This document shows positions 9,637 to 18,984 of a DNA stretch of 51,789 bases, piece by piece; position 1 is the first letter of the stretch; each line of letters starts with the position of its first letter. Source of the stretch: a virus (taxonomy: Duplodnaviria > Caudoviricetes); the IMG/VR virus record IMGVR_UViG_3300037155_000029, positions 1-51,789 of that record; one strand, 5' to 3'. The translations under genes were made by a program, and so were the position numbers. Below the pieces are notes generated by a model that saw nothing but the letters and a program-made list of their open reading frames with translations, did no database searches and was not told the DNA's origin.

Positions 9637-10750
9637 GGGTTGCAGCCGTTGTGCTGATAAAAGTTATTCTAAATACCGCAATACCAACAGTTGCACTATT
9701 TGCAAGCGTCAAGGTATTAGTACCCGGAAAACCAGAAGCAGTCATTCCCGCACTTACCGCAATTGTGACAGTATTTGAGCCAGCTGCATTATTAACCACA
9801 AAATCAATAGTAGTTCCGGCAGTGGCGCCAGAAGCTGTGACCAAGTCAACAACAGTAGGCAGTGTGATAGTAGTTGCCTGTGCTGATGTAGAAGTAATTA
9901 AACCTCCCATAATATCAGCGGCGGCGGCTGTTGCGGTTGCATCTATTGCGGTTGCAGTTCTCTTTATCACATTAGTAGTAGTTGTTACAACATTGCCCGT
10001 AATTCCAAGTCCAGTCGTTTTAATGTCTAAAACCTTTGCGCCGTTAAGAGCATATCCATCGTTGTTTGCACCAATACGATATAAACCACAATCGGGATCA
10101 CTAATAAAAGTATGAGCCGGTAAACTTACGGTTCCATCGCCCGTTTTTAAAATTGTAGATGTTGAAGTAAATCCGGTTACCGTTAATCCAGTTGTTGATA
10201 AACCAGCAGTCTTAACTCCACCAGCGGTAAATCCTAATTCAGTCGCCGAAACTTTATAAAGTCCCATATCCGGCTGTCCTGTGAATCCTATCCCTGCGGC
10301 TGCGGCTGAACCATCACCCGCCAACCCTGTGACTAAATCTTGTCCTGATAATTGAAACCATCCAACACCATTAAATACAAAAAATAAACTCGCGTTACTG
10401 GATGCTTGCATTGTAATATTTCCACCAGAAGTAAAACCAGTTGAAAAAGTAACAACACGCCCTGAACCGTCATCGGTTAAGAGAATATTCAAACGGTCGC
10501 CAACATGATTCCCGGTTACAACAGATTTTAATGTCAATGCCCCGGTAAGTGTTCCGATTTTATAGGTATAATCATATACCCTTGTTTTAACCGTATCAAC
10601 AGCTTGATATGCTTTTGCTTTGTAGCCCCAGGTGAGAACGCGCCCTGTATTGTCAGAGTTTGCGGTTGTGCCAAATCGAGGGACTGTGCTTTGTCCGAAA
10701 GATGCGAAAACAAAACACATTAAGAAAACTAAAGATAAAAACTTTTTCAT
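9620..10750 (-). CDS. Putative head decoration/fibre protein with signal peptide
   Basis: Directly after the capsid gene; Thr/Gly/Ala-rich; two 'GDGSAAA..F...PD.GLY' fibre repeats; N-terminus MKKFLSLVFLMCFVFASFG-Q. Confidence 0.55.
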   Translation of the reverse strand: MKKFLSLVFLMCFVFASFGQSTVPRFGTTANSDNTGRVLTWGYKAKAYQAVDTVKTRVYDYTYKIGTLTGALTLKSVVTGNHVGDRLNILLTDDGSGRVVTFSTGFTSGGNITMQASSNASLFFVFNGVGWFQLSGQDLVTGLAGDGSAAAAGIGFTGQPDMGLYKVSATELGFTAGGVKTAGLSTTGLTVTGFTSTSTILKTGDGTVSLPAHTFISDPDCGLYRIGANNDGYALNGAKVLDIKTTGLGITGNVVTTTTNVIKRTATAIDATATAAAADIMGGLITSTSAQATTITLPTVVDLVTASGATAGTTIDFVVNNAAGSNTVTIAVSAGMTASGFPGTNTLTLANSATVGIAVFRITFISTTAATLARIN

Positions 10751-10786
10751 AATATTGAATTTAAGGGAGTGCTACCTCCCATATTT

Positions 10787-11797
10787 TTAAACACTAAAAT
10801 CACCAATCACCAAAGTAGTAAACAAAAATGCTTGCTCGCTGAAACCGTACTGAACATCAAATTTCATCAACCCTTTCAGGAAGAAAAGCTCTGAATTGTT
10901 CTGAAGTCTCATTAACTGAAGGTTGTTGTCTTCGGTTGAGTTCATGCCTACATAAAGATTTGAAGATACATCGTCCAATCCTTCGCAGAAAAGAATAGTG
11001 TCATCAGCCATCCCTGCAAGCGGAACAATCTCATAACCTTTGAATTTATTAATACCCTGCTCGGTTGTGTTAACGCCCTTAAAGGTTAAAGTTGTGGTAA
11101 TAAATGTTTGATAAATCTGTTCGGTATTGATCGAGACAAAGAATTTCAAACGCGTATAACGAGATGGACGACTCAAAAGAGCTTTCTTATTTGTTGCAGC
11201 CAATTGCAAAAGAGCGTTCATAGCATCAACAATATTGTAATGAGTAGCATCCGAAGCCCCCGCGATTAACGGGAAAGGACTTGCAACCTTTAACAAAGCT
11301 GCGTCTGCGATCATTTTTTTCAAGAAGCCGTCAAAGAAACAAATTTGACCGTTTCCGGCTGCTCCAGGAGCGGCGGTGTAGGTTGTCGAACCCATCCAAA
11401 GTCCAAGCTCGATTTGTTCAAATGCTCTTGCAAGCCCGATTTGCATCATGTAGTTTTCAGCCGTTACCGGAAGCTCACGAGCTAACAAGGTTGGTGAAAG
11501 CTCTTCTGCCAACCAGTGCTGCTCGTAATCACGTGGATTAAATTCGGTATAAACCATTAAATCCTGAGGAACCAAGACGCGACCATCGACGGTAAAAGTA
11601 CCGGAAGTCGTAGGCGTTGCTGTACGTGCCTGTAAAGGCTGTGCAAAATCAACACGGCCAATGGTGTGCTGTTTCTTTATTCCATCCTGAACATATACAC
11701 CACCCTTTTGAAGGGTGTCCATGCCGAAAGTTGCGGGTAACCAGAAGTAGGAAGCGAATGTTCCTGCGTAAGTGGTATCATTAATTACTAAAGCCAT
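10787..11797 (-). CDS. Major capsid protein
   Basis: 336 aa, directly downstream of the protease/scaffold gene; composition fits a capsid protein. Confidence 0.8.
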   Translation of the reverse strand: MALVINDTTYAGTFASYFWLPATFGMDTLQKGGVYVQDGIKKQHTIGRVDFAQPLQARTATPTTSGTFTVDGRVLVPQDLMVYTEFNPRDYEQHWLAEELSPTLLARELPVTAENYMMQIGLARAFEQIELGLWMGSTTYTAAPGAAGNGQICFFDGFLKKMIADAALLKVASPFPLIAGASDATHYNIVDAMNALLQLAATNKKALLSRPSRYTRLKFFVSINTEQIYQTFITTTLTFKGVNTTEQGINKFKGYEIVPLAGMADDTILFCEGLDDVSSNLYVGMNSTEDNNLQLMRLQNNSELFFLKGLMKFDVQYGFSEQAFLFTTLVIGDFSV

Positions 11798-11815
11798 TTT
11801 ATTAAGTATTAAAGA

Positions 11816-13024
11816 TTAAATTTTACCTTCACGTTTGAGGCGATTTTTTGCCATCAGTCCAATTGCAGAAGTAGGAAGCTGTCCTTTTTCAAGTTTGTTA
11901 GCTTCGACATCAGTAATGACAGGTGCAACCTTATTCAAAGGAAGTTCTTCGATCATTGCTTTTGTTCCATCAAAATCAGCAACGGCCAGTTTTGACCATT
12001 TCAGAATAACGGTAGCATCATTCTTGATACGACCGATTTTTGCAAAGCCTTCGACCATGTTTTTAGCTTTGTCCTCATTCAGTTTGTCCTCGGCTTTTTT
12101 CTTTTCCTCGGTCATTGCATCCAGTTCGGATTTGCAAGCGTCATACTCAGATTTAGCCTTGTCGGCCTCGGCTTTTTTCTTTTCAAACAATGCTTTCAGT
12201 TTGTCGAGTTCGTCGGCATCTGATTTGGCTTTGTCCTGAGCGTCCTGAATAGCTTTGTCTCTTGCCTGTTCGGCGGACTTAGCTTTATTCTGGATGTCGG
12301 TAATGGCGGCTACGATAGAATCTTCTGGGGTGCCATCTACTAAGCCCAGTTTCATACATACTTTAATCATTGTATTAATTTTTGGGTTATTATTTAAAAT
12401 CGAATTTAAAACCAAATTACATTCTTTGTGAAACTCTGAATAATTAGTAATCTTTTTCAGATATTTTGTATTCTCGCCAACTGAAGGGGTAATTTCATCG
12501 CAAAGCTTAAGCTGTTTTGCTTCGTCAGCTGTGATAAAACTTGTACGTGCCATCATTCGGGCAACTTCATCTTCTGACATTCCGCAACGCTGCTCAATCA
12601 TTTTGATAATTGAGTCTTTCATTGTTTTTAAAATGCCGTCACTGCCGCCGAAAGGATTGTGATACATTAACCACGCATAATCAGCCATAATCCGTTTGCG
12701 TCCGGCCTGAAAAATAACACCCGCAATTGAGGCACAAGCCCCAATGGCAACCGTATCAACGGGGGTAATAGATTTGAGAATAGCTGAATAAATGTTGTAA
12801 CCATCAGTTACTACACCGCCGGGAGAATTGATCCATATTTGGATTCTCTTCTTTCCCATTGTGTCAAGAGTAAGAAGTTCTTGCATGAACAAAGCTCCAT
12901 CAATGCCTTGACCGTCTCCGGGAATAATGTTCCCTTTGTCGTCTTTTGAGTCGGCGTCATAGCCTATATGCTTATTAATTAGCATTATCGGTTCATTAAC
13001 GGATGGGTCTATACAGTAAATCAT
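11816..13024 (-). CDS. ClpP-type head maturation protease fused to scaffold
   Basis: 'INSPGGVV', 'GACASIA', 'LMYHNP' ClpP motifs and a C-terminal coiled coil. Confidence 0.9.
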   Translation of the reverse strand: MIYCIDPSVNEPIMLINKHIGYDADSKDDKGNIIPGDGQGIDGALFMQELLTLDTMGKKRIQIWINSPGGVVTDGYNIYSAILKSITPVDTVAIGACASIAGVIFQAGRKRIMADYAWLMYHNPFGGSDGILKTMKDSIIKMIEQRCGMSEDEVARMMARTSFITADEAKQLKLCDEITPSVGENTKYLKKITNYSEFHKECNLVLNSILNNNPKINTMIKVCMKLGLVDGTPEDSIVAAITDIQNKAKSAEQARDKAIQDAQDKAKSDADELDKLKALFEKKKAEADKAKSEYDACKSELDAMTEEKKKAEDKLNEDKAKNMVEGFAKIGRIKNDATVILKWSKLAVADFDGTKAMIEELPLNKVAPVITDVEANKLEKGQLPTSAIGLMAKNRLKREGKI

Positions 13025-13082
13025 GCCTTAAAATTACATCTATGCAAATAGGCATTAATTGAATAGCTTAATTTTAGCTTAT

Positions 13083-13112
13083 AAAAAAGTCCCTCCATTT
13101 CTGAAGGGACTT
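13083..13112 (-). terminator. Intrinsic terminator
   Basis: AAGTCCCT/AGGGACTT stem followed by a T run on the minus strand. Confidence 0.55.
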
Positions 13113-13155
13113 AAAACTAAACTTAAAAACCTATGAAAAACCAGAAAAAAAGGAT

Positions 13156-13377
13156 TTACTTTTTAGTGAAACTCAATATCTTTTCCCGTTCCTGAATTGA
13201 CATATCGTCAAAACGAGCTTTTACCGCTGCGGCAATTACGGCACTTTCAGACATTCCGGTATATTCTGCATACCCCTTTGTCAGCCGATTGTAAAGGGGT
13301 GGCAAAGATGTTCTTAATTGAGGGGTTGGTTTTTTCTCAGCACTCATTTTGTTGAGGTGTTGGTTTGTAATATTCAA
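13156..13377 (-). CDS. Ribbon-helix-helix-like DNA-binding protein
   Basis: 'LRTSLPPLYNRLTKGYAEYTGMSESAVIAAAVK' fits a strand-helix-helix pattern. Confidence 0.55.
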   Translation of the reverse strand: MNITNQHLNKMSAEKKPTPQLRTSLPPLYNRLTKGYAEYTGMSESAVIAAAVKARFDDMSIQEREKILSFTKK

Positions 13378-13663
13378 TCATTAATGATTTACCAGAAATT
13401 AAAGTTTCTTTGCGAATCTGAATACCATCAATATAAAACTCTTTTAGAGCTGTTTCCTCGCCGTATTCCTTTGCCGCCCATGCCTGAAACATTTGATAAT
13501 AGGCCGGGTGTAAAATTATGGCTTTCGGCTCAACTCCTTGTTTGCGGGTGTAAATAATCGCTTCGCAAGTCATATCGACTGCCAAACATCCGACTTTCTT
13601 GTAGTTGTCTAAATCCAATCTGGTCGCTGTTCTTTTTTCTTTGTTTAGGATTAATAAGCTCAT
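13337..13663 (-). CDS. Hypothetical protein
   Basis: 108-aa ORF coupled to the upstream gene. Confidence 0.55.
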   Translation of the reverse strand: MSLLILNKEKRTATRLDLDNYKKVGCLAVDMTCEAIIYTRKQGVEPKAIILHPAYYQMFQAWAAKEYGEETALKEFYIDGIQIRKETLISGKSLMIEYYKPTPQQNEC

Positions 13664-14466
13664 TTTGCAAAAATTATATATTCAAACGAAACATTTTGGG
13701 AATGATTGCCGCTTTCCTGTAATCGTAAGATAAAACCCGCCGAAGTTCTTGATCGAACAGTCCAAAACAGTGTGGTATCTTCATTTGGTGCGGTGCTTGC
13801 CGGATTACTTACGATTGTGCCGACTATGTAATAATTTCCTGTTGCAAGAGCAGAAGGAAACGTGATCGTATAATCCTGACCACCCGCCGAAACGTCACCA
13901 ACATTTAAACTACCTGCAAATAAGGCAGGATAGTTATTTGAAGCAATAGGAACATCAAAACGCAAATTCGGATAAGTTCCCGTAATAGCTAAAGCCCCCG
14001 TACCAACCGCGTTTAATTGCGCCGGAATATATTCGAGAATCCCTTTTGCAGTTAAATAATTCATTGTCCCTGTCGTTCCTGCCACAACTGCCATTTTACG
14101 AATATCATGGATGTTGTGAACTGAACTATCGGAAAATGTTACTGGGTCTGCATTGGTTTGGTATTGCGTTGTGACGAGTGAGAATATCGCCACATTGGCG
14201 TTTAATGAGAATGTAGTTGCATCGACTAAATAAATTTCCCCCGCATAAAATACAGCCCCTGCCGAAACAATATAACTGTCACCTGTGCCTGTATTAATAC
14301 ATCCCCAAAGGATATAAACCTGAGCAGAACTATAATTGACTCCGATTAATGCCTGACAAAGTGCAGCAAAAGCCTCTGAATTGGCATCCTGCAAAAATTG
14401 AAGTGTGCCGCTTTTAAATTTGAATTGAGCGGAATCAGAAATTCCACTTACTGTTAGTTTTTTCAT
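13660..14466 (-). CDS. Baseplate-attached tail fibre-like protein
   Basis: 'ILWGC...VSAGAVFYAGEIY' N-terminal domain and a fibre-tip-like C-terminus ('ITFPSAL...RTSAGF'). Confidence 0.6.
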   Translation of the reverse strand: MKKLTVSGISDSAQFKFKSGTLQFLQDANSEAFAALCQALIGVNYSSAQVYILWGCINTGTGDSYIVSAGAVFYAGEIYLVDATTFSLNANVAIFSLVTTQYQTNADPVTFSDSSVHNIHDIRKMAVVAGTTGTMNYLTAKGILEYIPAQLNAVGTGALAITGTYPNLRFDVPIASNNYPALFAGSLNVGDVSAGGQDYTITFPSALATGNYYIVGTIVSNPASTAPNEDTTLFWTVRSRTSAGFILRLQESGNHSQNVSFEYIIFAK

Positions 14467-14954
14467 GTTCGTACTATTGTGAATTTGATTGAAGCCGGGA
14501 TATATTGATTAACAAAGTTTCTTATTGTCTGATCGGTTGCCGTTACCGCCGTGGGAACGCTGATATAAAAGTGATTCAAATAGACAAATGTCCAATTAGA
14601 CCCGATGTAATCACTCGATGTTGTTGCACCAACACTTGAACAATACGGCTCTGTAATTCCAATGAAAAAGCCATCCTGAACCGCTGCAACATTGGTTATG
14701 AAAATATCGCTTACTGAATCGGGTTGCCTAAAAGTCGTTTCAAATTGCTTGTTTAAAGCATATTCCAAAACCAATTTTGTGCCATTGAATAAAATCCTTT
14801 CTTTTAAGTCATCGTAATAGGTGATAAACAAAGCATCGTGCGCCCACTGACAAGCCGACAAAAGCGACTGAACTAATTTAATAGTGTTTGTCTTTCGCTT
14901 GTCTGGTGGAAGTAGCTCGACTACTAAAGGGTCTATGTTAAGATTGTAGTTCAT
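14463..14954 (-). CDS. Baseplate wedge protein (gpI-like position)
   Basis: 'ELLPPDKR...LEYALNKQF' pattern; downstream of baseplate J. Confidence 0.6.
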   Translation of the reverse strand: MNYNLNIDPLVVELLPPDKRKTNTIKLVQSLLSACQWAHDALFITYYDDLKERILFNGTKLVLEYALNKQFETTFRQPDSVSDIFITNVAAVQDGFFIGITEPYCSSVGATTSSDYIGSNWTFVYLNHFYISVPTAVTATDQTIRNFVNQYIPASIKFTIVRT

Positions 14955-15243
14955 AGCTTATTTTGAGATATGGAGCGGCAAAAATGTTTTTAGAAAAATC
15001 TGAATCGTTAACAATATCGGACTCCATTAAAAACAGTTGATTTTTTTTACCGTAATCAAGCCAGTAAAATTGGTGATTCGGGTTTAAGCTATTACATGTC
15101 GCCGTAATTCTTTTACCCATTTCGCCATTTATTTCAAGACCTAATTCTTTGCATCTTTCTTTGAGTGCCATTTGAATTTTTTTGGTAGTTTCTTTTATGA
15201 TTCTACTTACTATTCCGTCAATATTAATTGAAACGTTTTCCAT
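14938..15243 (-). CDS. Hypothetical protein (possible moron)
   Basis: AT-rich 101-aa ORF between baseplate genes. Confidence 0.5.
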   Translation of the reverse strand: MENVSINIDGIVSRIIKETTKKIQMALKERCKELGLEINGEMGKRITATCNSLNPNHQFYWLDYGKKNQLFLMESDIVNDSDFSKNIFAAPYLKISYELQS

Positions 15244-15245
15244 TT

Positions 15246-16109
15246 CTATTCAGCGATGAAATTTAATGAATCTGCAAATGTTTTACCCGAAGTATTTTCT
15301 TGGCCGACATATCCGGCAACTGTTTGCCAAAGCCTCAATATAGTTGTTTGATTCAAAATTAAATCAATTCCCGCACTAAAAATAGAAGTATCTTCACGAC
15401 CCCTGACGTTAAGCAATACAACATCATTAACACCTATCACGTTTCTAATAGTCGCCTCAAGATCGGTCATTTTAAGTGACCCGTCAAAATTATTAACCGA
15501 TAAATTTTGAAGGAATAAGTTTAAAGCTGCGATTACATTGGTTTGGATTACCGCTGAATATTGACCCTGATAGTAAATGTTCGCATTCACGTAGATTTTA
15601 TCTGAGTCCTTTGATGCAACTATGTAGTTAATTCCGGCTGATCCTTTCAGATTAATAAATCCCTGAGCAGCGGCAAGCTCTGGGGAAGATAACGCCGCAA
15701 ATGGACTACCTTTAGCAACCTTAATTGTGACGTCATTAGGAGTGACCGAGGTGACGGAACAGGCTGTAATAATTCTTAGCGTAGAATCAATTACCGGATA
15801 TTGTGGCACAGTATTTATTAACTGCAAAATCTGCGGATTAGTTGCGGAGTATTGAAATAACAACATTTGAGCCTGAATCCAAAGAGGCGAAGCGGCGGCG
15901 GCCTGACTTGCTGTTGTTTCAATTGACAGCTTTAAAACATCCATTAACTGCTCCAAATAAGCCGAAACAGTGGCAAAAGTAAAGCAAAGTAATCTGAGAA
16001 TGTTTCGTTTGCTCCACTTTGTCGGATCAATCGTTAATCCAATAGCCGCAAAGTTGGCGACTAATTCGACTTCTATTGCGGTTTGGATATCGTTTACGGT
16101 TCGTGCCAT
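15246..16109 (-). CDS. Baseplate J-like protein
   Basis: 'MARTVNDI' start and C-terminal 'FDGSLKMTDLEATIRNVIGVNDV'. Confidence 0.75.
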   Translation of the reverse strand: MARTVNDIQTAIEVELVANFAAIGLTIDPTKWSKRNILRLLCFTFATVSAYLEQLMDVLKLSIETTASQAAAASPLWIQAQMLLFQYSATNPQILQLINTVPQYPVIDSTLRIITACSVTSVTPNDVTIKVAKGSPFAALSSPELAAAQGFINLKGSAGINYIVASKDSDKIYVNANIYYQGQYSAVIQTNVIAALNLFLQNLSVNNFDGSLKMTDLEATIRNVIGVNDVVLLNVRGREDTSIFSAGIDLILNQTTILRLWQTVAGYVGQENTSGKTFADSLNFIAE

Positions 16110-16111
16110 AG

Positions 16112-16699
16112 TTATTGCGGTATTATAAATTCATCTGTTTCAACTCCTGCCGCTGCCGGAACTCCACCCTTCACAATCGAGGCATCCAAATCAGGATCGG
16201 CAGTGTCAATGTATATCCCTGTTTCTGGATCGTATTTACTCCCCTTGCTGTCGGTAAAGTTACAAATAAAATTCAGAATATAATGATACAAATTATCATG
16301 ATCAAAATCCTGTTCTTCGCCTATGCAATTCATCGCTCCGCAAGCTGTCGGGCAATATTGGCTTAATCCTGTTTTTGCCGAAAGTATCTGATCCCTTAAA
16401 TCAAAGATGGTTAAATCCTGCTCAAATGTACTGTCTGCATTAAAATAATCATGTATTAAATGTATTCTTATTCCTATGTCAGCCGACCGGAAACCAAGCC
16501 CGATAATTTCAAAGTTTGTCGCCACCTCAACAAAAGCCGCCGGACGTGGCCATTCATAACTTTTACCGTCTCGAATGTCCCGAAGATGGTTATTCCATAT
16601 CCGCGAAAATAAATTAACGGTTTGATGATCCTGATTGACGACTTGAATAGTTGCCAATCTGGTGAGAATATCTTGAATTGGTTGACGTATTCCGCTCAT
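16112..16699 (-). CDS. Tail terminator/completion protein
   Basis: 'IWNN...WPRPAAFVEV...IHLI' pattern; follows the gpG-like gene. Confidence 0.6.
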   Translation of the reverse strand: MSGIRQPIQDILTRLATIQVVNQDHQTVNLFSRIWNNHLRDIRDGKSYEWPRPAAFVEVATNFEIIGLGFRSADIGIRIHLIHDYFNADSTFEQDLTIFDLRDQILSAKTGLSQYCPTACGAMNCIGEEQDFDHDNLYHYILNFICNFTDSKGSKYDPETGIYIDTADPDLDASIVKGGVPAAAGVETDEFIIPQ

Positions 16700-17244
16700 T
16701 TTAAAATAGTATTTACTGTTATTCCCCTCATGCTCGTTTTGCCGCTATTAGCTAATCTGCTCAGTGTTTTATTTGGCTCTCCCGTGTTTCTGTTTGCATC
16801 CGACAATGAATAATATTCTCCAATGAATTTCCCATTCCTGAATATTCTGTATAGTCTTTTACTCATTCCCTTAGCCCTATGGAGTATATGTATTTCCGAT
16901 TGATGCGTCCCGATTTTTGCCAATTTAAATCTATTCTTTAAGTCGGACGTAAATCCATAATCCATATCCGAGTTTAATAACTTAAATCCCCACGACCTAC
17001 ACAGTGACATCCAAAACTTTTCATCAAATGAATTTAAATCATCGCCACATTCCAACTCTTCGATAATTGGGTGTAATCCCTGTTCAATTAATTGTTTTAT
17101 CCAGTCGCTTTTAGGGCTCTTTTCTTTATTCCTGTCGCAAACATGAACATTTAAACGATGCTGTAAACTATTGGTAGTTTTGCCAATATATTTTATTTCC
17201 CCACTAATGGGGCAGCTCAAAGAATATATTTTAATTCCGGCCAT
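16696..17244 (-). CDS. GIY-YIG homing endonuclease
   Basis: 'IKIYSL...IKYIGKT...RLNVH', conserved Glu/Asn, and a NUMOD-like C-terminus ('EYYSLSDANR'). Confidence 0.8.
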   Translation of the reverse strand: MAGIKIYSLSCPISGEIKYIGKTTNSLQHRLNVHVCDRNKEKSPKSDWIKQLIEQGLHPIIEELECGDDLNSFDEKFWMSLCRSWGFKLLNSDMDYGFTSDLKNRFKLAKIGTHQSEIHILHRAKGMSKRLYRIFRNGKFIGEYYSLSDANRNTGEPNKTLSRLANSGKTSMRGITVNTILK

Positions 17245-17295
17245 GTTAAAATATTTTTGTGATTATTTCGTTAATTTTCTTCGTTTGCATCTCTG

Positions 17296-17646
17296 TCAAT
17301 CGCGCCTTATGCCATATTTCAAATATACATCTCTTTCTTCAGGAGAAAGTCCTTGACACCTCTCTATTTTAAGAGCCATAATAGCATTCCTGCTGTCAAT
17401 CATTCCGTTTGAAGTAGAATTAATTTTTATGTATTCTTCTGCTGTAACTTCATTCATCATTTTAGTTGTTTTTATTTTAAAATCAGGAATTGCATCAAAT
17501 ACATATTGGAATTTTGAGTTTTTCTCCTCTGATACTATCGAAATAATATTATTGATTTCGGTTTTTTTTGTTACCCTAAAAGGTATTTCCGCCCAAAACG
17601 TATCACCCACTTCAAGATTCTTTACTTTAATTTTTAAGTTTTCCAT
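17296..17646 (-). CDS. Hypothetical protein (possible moron)
   Basis: AT-rich 116-aa ORF. Confidence 0.5.
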   Translation of the reverse strand: MENLKIKVKNLEVGDTFWAEIPFRVTKKTEINNIISIVSEEKNSKFQYVFDAIPDFKIKTTKMMNEVTAEEYIKINSTSNGMIDSRNAIMALKIERCQGLSPEERDVYLKYGIRRD

Positions 17647-17658
17647 ATCCCATAATTT

Positions 17659-18141
17659 TTATTTAAAAATTTTACTTATTATTTGATTGATCTTTTCAGT
17701 CTGCATCTCTGTTAATTCCGGTGTTTGCTTTATAAAAGACCTTGCCACCATATTATCCGTGCCATCATTCAAATATGAAGCATAGGGAACATCAACTATC
17801 ATTCTAAACCCATTCTCTGATGTTGCGGTTGTTCGTGCCATTGTGCTGACTGCCCGGCGAAGTGTGCCGCCCCTTTTCTTCCAACCTGCACCAATCAATA
17901 TTGGACTCGTTCGTCTTTGAAGTCCTTTTGTTTTCGGATATTTGTATGCTTTGTCACCCGGAATACGCCTCTGTACTTCCTTCCACGGCTTACCACCTAT
18001 TCCCTGATCGGTAAACGACTTTACAAAATAATTTTGCGCCTGATTTGGTAAGATGGTAAGTATTTCCCGTCTCGCCTGAACCAGTTTCTTTTGAACGTCT
18101 GCAAAATTAAGATGGTCTGCCATTGCTTTTACTTGTTGCAA
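17659..18141 (-). CDS. Virion morphogenesis protein (Mu gpG-like neck protein)
   Basis: 'SFTDQG...PW...IL...GTLRRAV...VPYASYLNDG..MVARSFI' pattern; the start may be 18123. Confidence 0.75.
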   Translation of the reverse strand: MQQVKAMADHLNFADVQKKLVQARREILTILPNQAQNYFVKSFTDQGIGGKPWKEVQRRIPGDKAYKYPKTKGLQRRTSPILIGAGWKKRGGTLRRAVSTMARTTATSENGFRMIVDVPYASYLNDGTDNMVARSFIKQTPELTEMQTEKINQIISKIFK

Positions 18142-18204
18142 TAATTACGCATCCGACAATAAATAAACAAATTAAACAAAGATTGACAATGTGGCTATCC
18201 ATTT

Positions 18205-18567
18205 TTATTTCAAAGTTAATAAATAAAGTGTTTGATTGATTAATTGCTTCATGTCTGCAATAATATTGTCAAGATCAGAATCAACAACCGGATCAAAGAT
18301 ATTCAAAATATCATCATTAAGGTATGCCATTAACTCAACTAAATAAGTCCTGGCATTGGTTCCTGAATTTACTTCAATGGTTATTGTGCCGCCAATCCTG
18401 CCGTATTTACCTTGAAACGTTTCAATGAATTTATCGACCTGATCGAGCCAACCTTCATAGAATTGATTCAGTGCTTTGTGTTCGCTGTATGATGTCGTAT
18501 TGAGGTGAATCAAATGGATCTGATCCCTTACTTCAAATAGTTTCTGTTGTACTTTTTGCGGTGTCAT
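18205..18567 (-). CDS. Ferritin/Dps-like four-helix protein (DUF5856-like)
   Basis: 'HLIHLNTTSYSEHKALNQFYE...DKFIETFQGKYGR...INQTLYLLTL'. Confidence 0.75.
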   Translation of the reverse strand: MTPQKVQQKLFEVRDQIHLIHLNTTSYSEHKALNQFYEGWLDQVDKFIETFQGKYGRIGGTITIEVNSGTNARTYLVELMAYLNDDILNIFDPVVDSDLDNIIADMKQLINQTLYLLTLK

Positions 18568-18575
18568 ATTATTAG

Positions 18576-18746
18576 CTGTGAATTCGTTATATGTAGTATT
18601 GTGCGATTAAAAAAATCTATGCGATTCTCAGCGCGGTATTGTTCATTGATAATCAAACAGTTATAAATTAACCCTTTATTATTATGTAATTTTATTGTAC
18701 TCATTTCGCAACTAATTGATAATCAATATATTTAGATTTTATATTT
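18576..18746. repeat. Intergenic element copy 2 (homologous to 4381-4551)
   Basis: TTGATAATCA at 18646 and 18716; AATTCGTTATATGTAG at 18581. Confidence 0.8.
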
Positions 18747-18747
18747 G

Positions 18748-18984
18748 CTAATATTCTCCGTCTTTTTTAGCTTTTTCAGTGGCTTTATTCATTGATCTCC
18801 ACTGATCTAAGTTGTTTTTTAGGTCGTTTAAAGTCACATTATAGACATCACAAGCCCAGTTTGAATCGACACTGTGGATGTTGCCGTTTAAAACAGATAA
18901 CGCCGTAAAAGCACTGTTTTGCTTATCTACCGAATGAGACACAACGAATTCACTGTGCATCGCCGTTGTTAGTTCTTCTTTCAT
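18748..18984 (-). CDS. Small protein coupled to MuF (candidate immunity protein)
   Basis: ATGA overlap with the MuF stop; 78 aa. Confidence 0.5.
   Translation of the reverse strand: MKEELTTAMHSEFVVSHSVDKQNSAFTALSVLNGNIHSVDSNWACDVYNVTLNDLKNNLDQWRSMNKATEKAKKDGEY

Noticed and set aside
11816-13024. ClpP as a partner protease for the phage tmRNA tag
   Set aside because: Its position before the capsid gene and its scaffold tail indicate a prohead protease.
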